DNA from: Acidimicrobiaceae bacterium
Lineage (GTDB): Bacteria; Actinomycetota; Acidimicrobiia; Acidimicrobiales; Aldehydirespiratoraceae
DNA: 64,000 nucleotides
Assembly: GCA_026708645.1 (NCBI GenBank)
Contig: JAPOUM010000026.1
Span: 513-64,512 of the forward strand
Direction: 5' to 3'
Under the pieces are notes generated by a model, which had not been told where the DNA came from, did not search any database, and saw only the letters and a program-made list of their open reading frames with translations. The translations under genes were made by a program, and so were the position numbers. Below are positions 16,709-26,218 of the stretch, in pieces; within the stretch, counting starts at the first letter, position 1; each line of letters begins with the position of its first letter.

Positions 16709-18772
16709 ATGACGATTATTGAGCGTGAAGTTGCAGATGGGAGCGTTGATCCTGGCAGACCTCTGACGCTGGTTGATGAGCTGGTGTTGACTCTTCTCAA
16801 TGAGGAATCCGGCTATTTCCGTCAGGTGCCGATCTGGAACCTCAACTGCGCCGTTATCGGCGGGGCTCTGGCTGAGTTGTCGTTGCGGGGCCGCATCGAC
16901 ACTGATCTCGACTCGTTGATCTTCGTGGACGGCGCACCTACCGGCGACCCGGCGCTTGATCGGCTGCTTGAAAAGATCGGAGCTTCGACCGGGCAGCACA
17001 ACGCTCAATATTGGATCGAGAAGCTTGTGCCGGAGGCCGAGCCCATTATCGATATGACCCTTGAGCGTCTGACCGAGATGAACATTCTGCGGCATCACGA
17101 AGGCGAATTTTGGTCGCTGTCGAAGGTCGTCTGGGGCGCAGCAGACGGATCCGCTGACGGTGCCGACGATCAGGCCAGTAACGAGTTCGTCAAGACTCGT
17201 ATCAGTAGAGCTATCTTCACCGATGAGATCCCGTCGCCTGTGGACGTGATCATCGTTTGTATCACCGATGTCTGTGATGTGCTGCGTTTCATCTTTGAGC
17301 TTGACGAGGCAGCTGAGCAGAGGGTGGTCGAAATCTGCAAGATGGATCTGATCGGGCGTGCCATTGCCGACGCGGTTCGCGAGAATTTCGTCACTGCGCA
17401 AGTTATTCCCACCGCGATCACCAAGCAGATTCCCTCTGTGAAGCTGATGGACATGATTCGCAGTCCAAACGCTCGCAACGGGAATATGCCGGCGTTCTTC
17501 GCTGAATGTTACAAAAAATACGGCCCTGTCTTCAGGCTCAAGCAGCCGTTTCAGCAGCCTTTTACCTGCGTAGCCGGTCCCGAAGTCAATGCGTGGGTTC
17601 ACCGCCACGGTCGATTGTATCTGTCATCAAGGCATGCTCTTGATGATTTCCTAAAAGCTGTCGGTGCAAGAAATTTTGTGAACACGCTTGACGGTGTTGA
17701 TCACTTCAAGTGTCGCAAGTCCTTTCAACAGTCTTTTTCGCGCTCCAGATTAGTGGAGCGATCTGATGAAATGCTCAATTATGGTCTCGACAGTATCTCT
17801 AGTCTGGAAATCGGTAGTGAGATTCCGTTAGTAGAACTTGGATATCGGGTATCCAACTCGCAGATGTCGCCGTTGTTGCTTGGTGTTGAAACTCAGGACG
17901 TCTTTGATGATGTATCTAAATTTATATTGCGAATTCTAATGACGGATTTTGCTGGCTACCTTCCCAAGCTCATGAATCATACTCCTGGAATGCGGCGCCG
18001 CAAGAAACTCTTCAATGAGCTTGTGGATCAGGTCTTTGCTAGTCATACAGCTGCTCAACGAGCCGGTTGCCCCAGAGATTACATTGATGATCTGGTGAGC
18101 TTCAATGCCAGCGACCCTCAGCTGATGCCCCAAGCCAACATGCGCTTTGCAATCATCAACGCCCTGATAAATTCCATGTACACTGGGCAGCAGATGTCGA
18201 CCTTAATGTACTTACTGCTGTCAAACCCGGAAGTTTATCAGCAAGTCACTGCCGAGGCTGATGCAGTATTCGGTGAAGGCGGCAAAGTTGATTTTGAAGT
18301 TTTCACTGGCCCGGCAACTGATGTAACTCAACGGGTAGTCACTGAAAATTTGCGCTTATATCCTACAATATTCGGATCATTCCGCCATGCGATAAACAAC
18401 TGCTTGATCGGTGGATATCAAATGTCGGTGGGAGAAAGACTTTGGATTCTGTCAGCAGTTACTCACTATCTAGACGATCAATTTCCAGAGCCAATGAAGT
18501 TTGACATTGACAGGTACAAGTCTCCGCGTAATGAACATCGCGGCACCGGATATGCCCCGTTTGGACTTGATACTCATACCTGTCTTGGCCAACGTTTAGT
18601 TTCTCTGCAATTGGCAATCAACATTCTGATGTTGTCACACTACTTTGAAATGGAACTGGTAAACAAGGATTCCGATATCAAGATGACTGTTTTGCCTTTG
18701 CCGGGCTTGGCAGCGAGAAGGAAAATCAAAGCCCGCTTCGTCGCGCGCCGCCACGAAGTAACCAAGCCCTGA
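16709..18772 (+). CDS. GPP34/GOLPH3-family domain fused to a cytochrome P450 domain
   Basis: The N-terminal ~210 aa (LTLVDELVLTLLNEESGYF...GGALAELSLRGRID) look like bacterial GPP34 proteins. The C-terminal ~470 aa have ExxR (ENLRLYP) and a Cys-ligand loop PFGLDTHTCLGQRL. GC is far lower than the genome average. Confidence 0.7.
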   Translation: MTIIEREVADGSVDPGRPLTLVDELVLTLLNEESGYFRQVPIWNLNCAVIGGALAELSLRGRIDTDLDSLIFVDGAPTGDPALDRLLEKIGASTGQHNAQYWIEKLVPEAEPIIDMTLERLTEMNILRHHEGEFWSLSKVVWGAADGSADGADDQASNEFVKTRISRAIFTDEIPSPVDVIIVCITDVCDVLRFIFELDEAAEQRVVEICKMDLIGRAIADAVRENFVTAQVIPTAITKQIPSVKLMDMIRSPNARNGNMPAFFAECYKKYGPVFRLKQPFQQPFTCVAGPEVNAWVHRHGRLYLSSRHALDDFLKAVGARNFVNTLDGVDHFKCRKSFQQSFSRSRLVERSDEMLNYGLDSISSLEIGSEIPLVELGYRVSNSQMSPLLLGVETQDVFDDVSKFILRILMTDFAGYLPKLMNHTPGMRRRKKLFNELVDQVFASHTAAQRAGCPRDYIDDLVSFNASDPQLMPQANMRFAIINALINSMYTGQQMSTLMYLLLSNPEVYQQVTAEADAVFGEGGKVDFEVFTGPATDVTQRVVTENLRLYPTIFGSFRHAINNCLIGGYQMSVGERLWILSAVTHYLDDQFPEPMKFDIDRYKSPRNEHRGTGYAPFGLDTHTCLGQRLVSLQLAINILMLSHYFEMELVNKDSDIKMTVLPLPGLAARRKIKARFVARRHEVTKP

Positions 18773-18784
18773 AGTCCGCCAGTA

Positions 18785-19282
18785 TCAAGACAGCTCATCG
18801 CTGTCACCCTCTGGAAGAGTCTCGGCTGCGGTCTCCACAAGCTGGTCGAGTATCCCGCCGAGCCACTCATAAAGCATGTAGCGAGCCGTGTCGTGATCGC
18901 TGTCGCCCAAGTCGGCCGGATCAAAAGACGCTGAGCCCACCTCAAGTGTGTTCCCCAAATACAGCCGCAGGCTGTTGAGGGTCTGCAGCCAGGCAGAAAC
19001 CGCGTCAGCAGCGATCACGCCGGCCGCCAATCCGGCCTCGACGACGTCGATGGCCTCCAGGCGGTGCTTCAGCAGAGGCGCAGCGGCCATCTCCCAGAAC
19101 TCGTCGGAAGCTTTCTCGTCGGCGATGTGCACAGGCGGCTGGAAACGCAGCATGGAAGCGTCACTGCCTTCGGTGAGCAGATCACGGAACTGTTGCAGCA
19201 CCGTCGCCAGCCCGGAGCGTTCATCGGCGTGCAAGTTCACGGCGATGCCGTCGGGTCCGTGTCGGAACATGCGTCGTGCCAT
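18785..19282 (-). CDS. DUF2017 domain protein (ClpS-associated)
   Basis: 165 aa, immediately downstream of clpS as in many actinobacteria. The acidic pattern is typical of the family. Confidence 0.65.
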   Translation of the reverse strand: MARRMFRHGPDGIAVNLHADERSGLATVLQQFRDLLTEGSDASMLRFQPPVHIADEKASDEFWEMAAAPLLKHRLEAIDVVEAGLAAGVIAADAVSAWLQTLNSLRLYLGNTLEVGSASFDPADLGDSDHDTARYMLYEWLGGILDQLVETAAETLPEGDSDELS

Positions 19283-19299
19283 CGCTGCTGCTCTGCTGC

Positions 19300-19620
19300 T
19301 CAGTCCTGCTCGAGCACAGCCCAGAGGCCGTGCTCGTGGAGCCGGTAAGCGTCGAATTCGGCCTTCTCGAGCGGCCCCGACGCCACCACGGCCCTGCCCT
19401 CGGTGTGAACCTGCATCATCAGCCGGTGCGCCTTGGCTGCCGAATAGCCGAACAATTTGCGGAACACGTAGACCACATACGACATCAAGTTGACCGGGTC
19501 ATCGAGAACGATCACCTTCCAGGGCAGATCAGGCCGCCGGTCGGTCTCGTCCACCGGATCCTTCACAGGAGCGGTGACCGGCGACGCCGAAGCGAGCACC
19601 GCAAAACAGAGTTCGGTCAT
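19300..19620 (-). CDS. clpS: ATP-dependent Clp protease adaptor ClpS
   Basis: [27 protein letters not shown]...[12 protein letters not shown] is the ClpS core. Its ATG overlaps the ctaA stop as ATGA. Confidence 0.9.
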   Translation of the reverse strand: MTELCFAVLASASPVTAPVKDPVDETDRRPDLPWKVIVLDDPVNLMSYVVYVFRKLFGYSAAKAHRLMMQVHTEGRAVVASGPLEKAEFDAYRLHEHGLWAVLEQD

Positions 19621-20702
19621 GTCGTGCCAATCAGTGGTCTGAAGTCAGAGGGCCTGCTGTCCGGGCGACCGCTGCGCGGTGACGCCCCAGCGTAGGCCGC
19701 CTTGACTATCTGAATCCAAGTGATCGAAGCCAGAGTAACATGAATACCCACTAAAAGCACAGGCACACCCAGAAAATACTGCGCATAACCGACAGCCGCC
19801 TGCACGATCAGCAGTTCGGCGATTCTGCGCATGCGGACTTGTTCGGACGACCCTGACGCCCGCATCCGCCACCAGGCCCAGATCACCAGCACCAGCAGAG
19901 CGATCGCGATGACGCTGTGGACTCGCACCACTTCTCGCACCAGCAGCGGCAGCCGCTCGGCTCGGCTGTCTCCCGCGTGCGGTCCCGCTCCTGTGACCAG
20001 AGTGCCGCTGACCAGCAGCACCGCAGCGACGGTCATCACAGCCCACACCAGCAGCCGAGTGACGCCGTCGGTGCCGCCTGTGCCGTCGGTGCCGCCTGTG
20101 CCGTCGGTGTCGCCTGTGCCAGCGGTGCCGCCTGTATCCCCCGCGTCGTCTTGGTCGTCTTCGCCGCCTCGTCGCTCTGAGCGGCTCGCGTCGTCACCGG
20201 CGAGTTCGACAGCCCGGCCAGGGTCGCCGGGTTCGAAATCGCGGGCTTTCACGTCGAGCAGGGACGCATTCCAAAGCAGCACCATCGACAACAAGAAGTG
20301 CCCCATCGTGAAACGGGGATCGAGCTCCGACAGCACCAGCAGAGCCCCCAGCCCGACTTGGGCCAGCACACCGGCCACCAGACCCAGCGACAACCATGCC
20401 AGATCGGCCCGACGCGGCCTGCGCCGCCAAGCGCCGAGCACGGCGCCGAGCACGGCGACGGCCACGACCCCGGTGAACAGCCGGTTCACGAACTCGACCA
20501 GAGCGTGGAACTCCAAATCCGCCAAGAAGCGGTCCTGTGAGCAGGCGGGCCAGTCCTCGCACCCCAGCCCCGAACCGGTGAGCCGCACGGACACGCCGGT
20601 CACCACGATCGCCGCCAGCGCCCACAAGGCGAACCGAGTGAGCCGTGCATAGGCGGTCGGAGCCACGAGCCGATGGTAGGGCCCGGTCGGCTCGCCGAGC
20701 AC
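19617..20702 (-). CDS. ctaA: Haem A synthase (COX15/CtaA family)
   Basis: [17 protein letters not shown] and multiple TM helices with conserved His. The start is trimmed to the GTG at 20702, because the longest ORF (to 20921) has an Arg/Ser-rich non-protein-like N-terminus and would abut ctaB. Confidence 0.8.
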   Translation of the reverse strand: MLGEPTGPYHRLVAPTAYARLTRFALWALAAIVVTGVSVRLTGSGLGCEDWPACSQDRFLADLEFHALVEFVNRLFTGVVAVAVLGAVLGAWRRRPRRADLAWLSLGLVAGVLAQVGLGALLVLSELDPRFTMGHFLLSMVLLWNASLLDVKARDFEPGDPGRAVELAGDDASRSERRGGEDDQDDAGDTGGTAGTGDTDGTGGTDGTGGTDGVTRLLVWAVMTVAAVLLVSGTLVTGAGPHAGDSRAERLPLLVREVVRVHSVIAIALLVLVIWAWWRMRASGSSEQVRMRRIAELLIVQAAVGYAQYFLGVPVLLVGIHVTLASITWIQIVKAAYAGASPRSGRPDSRPSDFRPLIGTT

Positions 20703-20923
20703 CTGAGCGCTCCACGGACGGCGACTGCCGCTGGCGAGTAGTCGCCTCTGCGATGCTCTCTTGGACGAGCGCCTGTCGGCGTGCAGCCGCGACCCGACGA
20801 TCGCAACACGATCTGACGATCTGGACGATCTGCTGGTGTGGCCCGTCGGCGCGGCGCCGTTCGATCGTCGCCCCCCGGCAGTCAGATGACCAGATGACCG
20901 GTGTGATCTTCTAGCCTGCAAGC

Positions 20924-21823
20924 GTGACCGGAACTGTGACCGGCGAAGTGAGATCGCCTCGCCGCTGGCGAGCCGGGGCTTTTGTTGCTTTGACCAAGCC
21001 CCGCATCGTCGAACTGCTGCTCGTCACCACCGTTCCGTCGATGATCCTGGCCACCGGCGGGCTGCCGTCGCTGTGGCTCATGGCCGCCACCGTGGTGGGA
21101 GGCGCCATGTCAGCGGGCGGCGCCAACGCCTTGAACATGTACATCGACCGTGACATCGACAAACTGATGCACCGCACCCGCAACCGGCCTCTGGTCACGG
21201 GCGCGGTCCGTCCGGTCGAGGCGCTGCTGTTCGCGTCGGCTCTCATAGTCGTCTCGTTCGTGTGGCTCTGGGCTTTCGCCAATCTGTTGGCGGCGGCGCT
21301 GGCCACCGCCGCGGCCGCCTTCTACGTGTTCGTCTACTCGCTGTGGCTGAAACGCTCTTCGGTGCGCAACATCGTGATCGGCGGCGCTGCCGGCGCAATG
21401 CCTGCCCTGGTGGGCTGGGCTGCCGTCACCGGTTCGCTGGACTGGCCGCCGCTGGTGCTGTTCGCGGTGGTCTTCTATTGGACCCCGCCGCATTTCTGGG
21501 CTCTGGCGATCCGCTACCGCAACGATTATCGCAACGCCGATGTCCCCATGCTGCCGGCAGTGACGAGCCTCGCGGTCACAGCACGGCGGATCGTGGCCTA
21601 CACGGTGCTGCTGGTGGCGTTGTCGCTGCTGCTGGTGCCGGTGGCCGACATGGGCGTCGTCTATCTGCTGTCGGCGAGCGTCGCCGGCGGCGGATTCATC
21701 GGTCTGGCCATAGACGTGATGCGCAATCCCGACCCGGCACGGTCGATGCGCCTGTTCGGATGGTCCAATGCGTATCTGATGATTTTGTTCGGCGCGGTCG
21801 CGGCTGATGTGCTCATTGTGTAG
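20924..21823 (+). CDS. ctaB: Protohaem IX farnesyltransferase (haem O synthase)
   Basis: UbiA-family motifs NMYIDRDIDKLMHRTRNRP and WTPPHFWALA. Confidence 0.9.
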   Translation: MTGTVTGEVRSPRRWRAGAFVALTKPRIVELLLVTTVPSMILATGGLPSLWLMAATVVGGAMSAGGANALNMYIDRDIDKLMHRTRNRPLVTGAVRPVEALLFASALIVVSFVWLWAFANLLAAALATAAAAFYVFVYSLWLKRSSVRNIVIGGAAGAMPALVGWAAVTGSLDWPPLVLFAVVFYWTPPHFWALAIRYRNDYRNADVPMLPAVTSLAVTARRIVAYTVLLVALSLLLVPVADMGVVYLLSASVAGGGFIGLAIDVMRNPDPARSMRLFGWSNAYLMILFGAVAADVLIV

Positions 21824-21835
21824 CATCGCGCCACG

Positions 21836-23437
21836 ATGACGCTGACAGAACCGGCCACAGCGGACCCGCTGGCCGACCCAGACGCCGGCGCAGCAGCCGC
21901 ATCACCTGCGCCCTCTGCTGACTCCGCGACCTCGACGCCTGACTCTGCGGCGCAGGTCTTGGCTCAGCGGATCGTCACCAGCGACGGCGCTGCCGTGGGC
22001 CGACTGTTCGTGGCGGTCTCGCTGCTTTGGGGGCTGTTCGCTGCGGTGCTCGCGGCGCTGGTCGCCTTCGGCCGCAGCGACGCCGTCGAGCCCGCGGAGC
22101 TCTTCTCGGGGCTCAACGCCTACTTCCGCATGTGGACCCTCTACCGCATGTCGCTGCTGCTGCTGGTGCTGCTGCCGCTGCTGCTGGGCGTGGCCATGGT
22201 CGTTGTGCCGCGGCAGGTGGGGGCGAGCAACCTCGCTTTCCCGCGCGCCGCCTTGGCGTCTTTCTGGTCGTGGCTCATCGGCTCGGTGATCATGGTGGTG
22301 TCAGTGCTCGCGGGCGGCGGCTGGGGCGCCTTGGACGGGGTGACCCGCAACGAGGGCGACGCCATGGCGCTGACCCTGCTGGGCACCGCTGTGGTGATCG
22401 TGGCGCTGCTGATGGGCGCGGTTTCGCTGGCGACGACGATCATCGCTCTGCGCGGCCCTGACGTGAGGCTCCTGGATGTGCCGCCTTTCGCGTGGTCGAT
22501 GCTCGTGGCTTCGGCAGCGTGGCTTTTCACGCTGCCGATCGCCGTCGCCAACATCGTCGTGATCTACGCGGATCTGCGCGGTCGCCCCGCCGTCGCTTTC
22601 GGCCGGGCCGAAGGCCCTGACATCTGGCTGCAACTCGACTGGCTGCTGGAGCAGCCTGCCGTCTATCTCATGGCGGTGCCGCTGCTGGGCGTCGTCGCTG
22701 AAGTCGTCAGAGGAGTGCTCGGCGCCGGTGTCGGCCGCCCCGAAGTCCCGGCGGTGATCGTGGGCCTGTTCGGGCTGTTGGCCGTGGGCGGCTGGTCGCA
22801 GGACTATTTCACGGCGCCTCAAGATCTGCGCGACGGTCTCGTCTACGTGGCTTTCGGCTTGGCCGCGGTCGTTCCGGTCGCAGCCCTGGCAGGCTTCGTC
22901 GGCCTGCAAGTCGCGCAGAGCCGGCGGAGCGTTCCGCAGCTGCTCGACCTGCGAATCATCGGCGCCGCGGCGGCTCTGGCGCTTCTGGCCGCTGCGACTC
23001 TGGCAGGGGCGTTGCGAGTCGTCGAGCCTTTCGACCTGCTTGAGAGCGCCGCCACCTGGGCTGTGTTCCACGGCGTGGCCGCGGCGGCGCTGCTGGGGGC
23101 TTTCGTCGCTTTGGTCCACTGGTCCGACGAGTTGTTCGGGGCGCCGGTATCGCAACGGGCCGCCGCCGCTAGCGTTGCGCTGGTGGGAGCAGGAGGCGCA
23201 GCGCTGCTGCTGTCTGATCTGCTCTCAGGATTCATTGCCGACGAACCTGATCTCATGGCTTTGGCGCTGGACGGAAAAGTGTTTTTGAATGTGGTGAACT
23301 TTGTGGGGGCCGGGCTGCTCCTCGCCGGGGTCGCCGTTGCGACGGCCGGCGTGGCCCAGGCGACGCGAGCCGGGACAGGAACCGCCGAAGCATCCGCCGT
23401 CGCACAGCCCGCCGCTGAACAGATCGCCGCGCCATGA
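21836..23437 (+). CDS. Haem-copper oxidase subunit I-like membrane protein lacking most metal ligands
   Basis: It aligns by eye with CtaD of this window: FPRAALASFWSWL vs FPRLNALSFWIWL, LEQPAVYLMAVPLLGVVAEVV vs FGHPEVYIIILPAFGVVSEVI, WSQDYF vs WAHHMF, and WAVFHGV vs AHFHYV. Only 2 His remain in 533 aa. Confidence 0.7.
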   Translation: MTLTEPATADPLADPDAGAAAASPAPSADSATSTPDSAAQVLAQRIVTSDGAAVGRLFVAVSLLWGLFAAVLAALVAFGRSDAVEPAELFSGLNAYFRMWTLYRMSLLLLVLLPLLLGVAMVVVPRQVGASNLAFPRAALASFWSWLIGSVIMVVSVLAGGGWGALDGVTRNEGDAMALTLLGTAVVIVALLMGAVSLATTIIALRGPDVRLLDVPPFAWSMLVASAAWLFTLPIAVANIVVIYADLRGRPAVAFGRAEGPDIWLQLDWLLEQPAVYLMAVPLLGVVAEVVRGVLGAGVGRPEVPAVIVGLFGLLAVGGWSQDYFTAPQDLRDGLVYVAFGLAAVVPVAALAGFVGLQVAQSRRSVPQLLDLRIIGAAAALALLAAATLAGALRVVEPFDLLESAATWAVFHGVAAAALLGAFVALVHWSDELFGAPVSQRAAAASVALVGAGGAALLLSDLLSGFIADEPDLMALALDGKVFLNVVNFVGAGLLLAGVAVATAGVAQATRAGTGTAEASAVAQPAAEQIAAP

Positions 23438-23447
23438 GCATCCCGGC

Positions 23448-24032
23448 ATGAGAACCGCTGCCCTGCCCGCTCCGGTCGTCACACGACCGCGTACCGTGGC
23501 CGTCGGGTCGCTGCTGGCCACCGGCGCGGCTTTCATGGCCTTCGCCGGCCTGGTCGCGATCTATGTGCAGCAGCGTCAGCAGGCTCGGGCCACAGGCCAG
23601 GAATGGTTCCCGGAAGGCAGCGTGGAACTGGGGCCCGCGGGCATGATGATGATGACCCTGGCGCTGTCGGTGGTGACAGTCCAATGGGCGGTGCAGGCGG
23701 CCCGCAACGAGGACCGACCGCACGGTTTCGTGGCGCTGGCGGTGACTCTGCTGTTCGGCGCGGCGGTCGTCAATCAGTTCTGGTTCGTCTACTCCGACAC
23801 GGCTTTCGCCATCGACGCAGGCACCGCGCAGCTGCTCTTCTACGCGGTGACGGGTTCGTTCGTCGCCATGCTGGTCGCAGGCTCAGCAATGCTCACAGTC
23901 ACCACCATCCGCGCCCTGATGGGATCGTCCGGGCGTGATCTGGCCCAAGGGGTGCAGGCCGCCGCCGTCTACTGGCACATGTGCGTGTTCTGCTACTTCA
24001 TCGTCTGGTACGTCGTGTTCATCAACAAGTAG
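23448..24032 (+). CDS. Cytochrome c oxidase subunit III-like membrane protein
   Basis: 194 aa with 5 TM helices. The C-terminal VYWHMCVFCYFIVWYVVF resembles the subunit III end (YWHFVDIVWIFIF in the ctaE of this window). The start is the ATG at 23448 within ORF 23301-24032. Confidence 0.6.
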   Translation: MRTAALPAPVVTRPRTVAVGSLLATGAAFMAFAGLVAIYVQQRQQARATGQEWFPEGSVELGPAGMMMMTLALSVVTVQWAVQAARNEDRPHGFVALAVTLLFGAAVVNQFWFVYSDTAFAIDAGTAQLLFYAVTGSFVAMLVAGSAMLTVTTIRALMGSSGRDLAQGVQAAAVYWHMCVFCYFIVWYVVFINK

Positions 24033-24047
24033 CGGCAGCCGACTCAG

Positions 24048-24860
24048 ATGTTCACCACGGGATTCAAACTCTTCTTCGGATTGTTCGGCGCTTTCGTGCT
24101 GGCTGCGCTCGCCTACGGCTACTCCACCGGCGGCGACGGCGTCGGCCCTTTGTCGCTGGGCTGGAAGGGAGGGGTCGGCGATCACATCGGCTACACCCTG
24201 CTGGTGGCTCTGGCGGCGGTGTCGTTGACGATCAGCGTGGTGCTGGTGTCGTATCGCGACGCCGACGCCGACGCCCAGGCCCGCTTGCGCCAGCTCGCCG
24301 AAGTGCCCGCCGACTCCGCGGTCACCGCCAGCGTCTGGCCGGTTCTGGCCTCCTTCGGCGTGGGCGCCGCAGTCTTGGGGCTGGTGCTTCATCCGCTGGT
24401 GTTCACTCTGGGCTTGGCCCTGGTGGCGTTGTCGCTCATCGAGTGGACCATGGACGCTTGGGCTGACAGCGCCACCGGCGACGCCGCGGCCAACCGAGAA
24501 CTGCGCAACCGCATCATGGCGCCGATCGAGATCCCGGTCATCGGGGCTCTGGCCATCGGTGTGGTAGTGCTGGCGGCGTCGCGGATCTTCTTGAACGTCT
24601 CACAGCTGCAGGCGGTGGCGGCGGCCGGCGTGGTGTCGTCTTTGATTCTCGCGGGCGCTTGGCTGTATGTGGCCCGCCCGGGCCAGGGCCGTCGTCTGGT
24701 GAGGGTGCTCGGTGCGGTGGCGGCTCTCGGGCTGCTGGTCGGCGGGGTGCTCGCCGCGGTCGCCGGCGAGCGGGACTTCGAGCATCACCACGGCGACGAC
24801 CATCATGAGGAACATCAGGAATCTTCCAGCGAGCCGACCGGAGGAGCAGGCAGTGGCTGA
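24048..24860 (+). CDS. Polytopic membrane protein with a CtaF-like (actinobacterial subunit IV) N-terminal half and a His/Asp/Glu-rich tail
   Basis: The layout TM-TM-loop-(SVWPVLASFGV...)-TM-TM...EW resembles CtaF. It ends FEHHHGDDHHEEHQE. Confidence 0.5.
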   Translation: MFTTGFKLFFGLFGAFVLAALAYGYSTGGDGVGPLSLGWKGGVGDHIGYTLLVALAAVSLTISVVLVSYRDADADAQARLRQLAEVPADSAVTASVWPVLASFGVGAAVLGLVLHPLVFTLGLALVALSLIEWTMDAWADSATGDAAANRELRNRIMAPIEIPVIGALAIGVVVLAASRIFLNVSQLQAVAAAGVVSSLILAGAWLYVARPGQGRRLVRVLGAVAALGLLVGGVLAAVAGERDFEHHHGDDHHEEHQESSSEPTGGAGSG

Positions 24861-26217
24861 GACACTCGAGACCGCCGCGACGGTCGATCCGCCGGCCGTG
24901 CCGCCGACAGGAACGCCTGCAGGAACGCCGACGCCTGAAGTCGCTGTGAAGTCTGTGCCTGCGCCTGCGCCTGCCCGCGCCTCTGCGCCTCTCGCTGCGG
25001 CGCGCCGCCGAGTCGGCGGGCTGCTGCTGGCCGCGGCAGGGCTGCTGGCGGTCGGAGGTTGCGCGTCCGACGCCGAACTCGACACTTTCGCCCCGCAAGG
25101 CCCCATCGCCGAAGAACTCCACAGCCGCGCCGTGATGCCGGTGATCTGGATCGCGGCGGTGGTGTTCGTGGGGATCGGCGTCGCCTTGGGCCTGCTGATC
25201 TGGCGCAACCGGGTCAAGAGCTACGCCGGCGACGACGAATGGCCTTCGCAGACTCACGGCCACATCCCCCTCGAGGTCGGCTGGACCGTCGGCTTCTTCG
25301 TGACGATGGCGGCAGTGGCCGGGCTGATGCTCTGGTCGCTGCCCACAGTCAACGCCACCGAAGACAACGCCATGGTCGTCGAGATCGACGGTCGCAGCGT
25401 CGACTGGGAACCCACCGTCGTGGTGGTCGGCAACCAGTGGTGGTGGGAGTTCCGCTATTACTTCTCAGATCAGGTGGACCTCGCCGACCTGCGCCGGCAC
25501 GGAGACGCCAAGACCCTGCCTCCCGCGGACATCGTCACCTCCGGGCAGATGGTGATACCCACCGGCGAGGAGGTCGAGTTGATCGTCACGTCGCGCGACG
25601 TGATCCACTCGTTCTGGATACCGGCGCTCAACGGCAAGCGCGACGCCGTCCCCAACCGCTTCTCGCCCTGGAAGATCCAAGCGTCGGCGCCGGGGTTCTA
25701 TTTCGGGCAGTGCACGGAGTTCTGCGGCTTGTCGCATTCGCGCATGAGAATGCAAACCGTGGCGCTCGACCCCGCGGATTTCCAGGCCTGGGTGGACGAC
25801 ACCAGCCTCGACGCCGTGGCGCCTGTCGACCCCGAAGCCCTGGCCGGCCAGGAAGTGTTCTCAGGCATCTGCACTTCTTGCCATGTGGTCGAAGGCCTCA
25901 ACGACGACGTCTTCGAGCGCGCCGATCAGGCGTCGGGCGCCGCGCCGAACCTCACCCATTTCGCGAGTCGCAGCACTTTCGCGGGCGGGATCTTCGACAC
26001 TTACAACGCCGACGGCTCGCTGAACCGCACCGTTTTGGAGGCCTGGCTGCGCAACCCCGGCGAGCTCAAAGCCAACTACATCGTGCCCGGCGAGCAGTAC
26101 CGGGGAATGCCCGACCTGGACCTCAGCGAAGCGCAGATCGACCAGTTGGTGGCTTACCTCGCAGGGCTGGGCGCCAAGCCCGCCGGATGGATAATCGACG
26201 CGACCCGGGTGGAATGA
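24853..26217 (+). CDS. ctaC: Cytochrome c oxidase subunit II with a fused C-terminal cytochrome c domain (caa3-type)
   Basis: CuA motif HSFWIPALNGKRD...GQCTEFCGLSHSRM and haem c site CTSCH. A lipoprotein-like LLAVGGC is present. The start is either GTG 24853 or GTG 24946 (the ORF opens at 24712). Confidence 0.88.
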   Translation: MAETLETAATVDPPAVPPTGTPAGTPTPEVAVKSVPAPAPARASAPLAAARRRVGGLLLAAAGLLAVGGCASDAELDTFAPQGPIAEELHSRAVMPVIWIAAVVFVGIGVALGLLIWRNRVKSYAGDDEWPSQTHGHIPLEVGWTVGFFVTMAAVAGLMLWSLPTVNATEDNAMVVEIDGRSVDWEPTVVVVGNQWWWEFRYYFSDQVDLADLRRHGDAKTLPPADIVTSGQMVIPTGEEVELIVTSRDVIHSFWIPALNGKRDAVPNRFSPWKIQASAPGFYFGQCTEFCGLSHSRMRMQTVALDPADFQAWVDDTSLDAVAPVDPEALAGQEVFSGICTSCHVVEGLNDDVFERADQASGAAPNLTHFASRSTFAGGIFDTYNADGSLNRTVLEAWLRNPGELKANYIVPGEQYRGMPDLDLSEAQIDQLVAYLAGLGAKPAGWIIDATRVE

Positions 26218-26218
26218 A

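Noticed and set aside
19617-20921. Full-length 434-aa version of ctaA.
   Set aside because: The first ~70 residues are Arg/Ser-rich and would leave no promoter space before the divergent ctaB. The start was trimmed to GTG 20702, and it remains uncertain.
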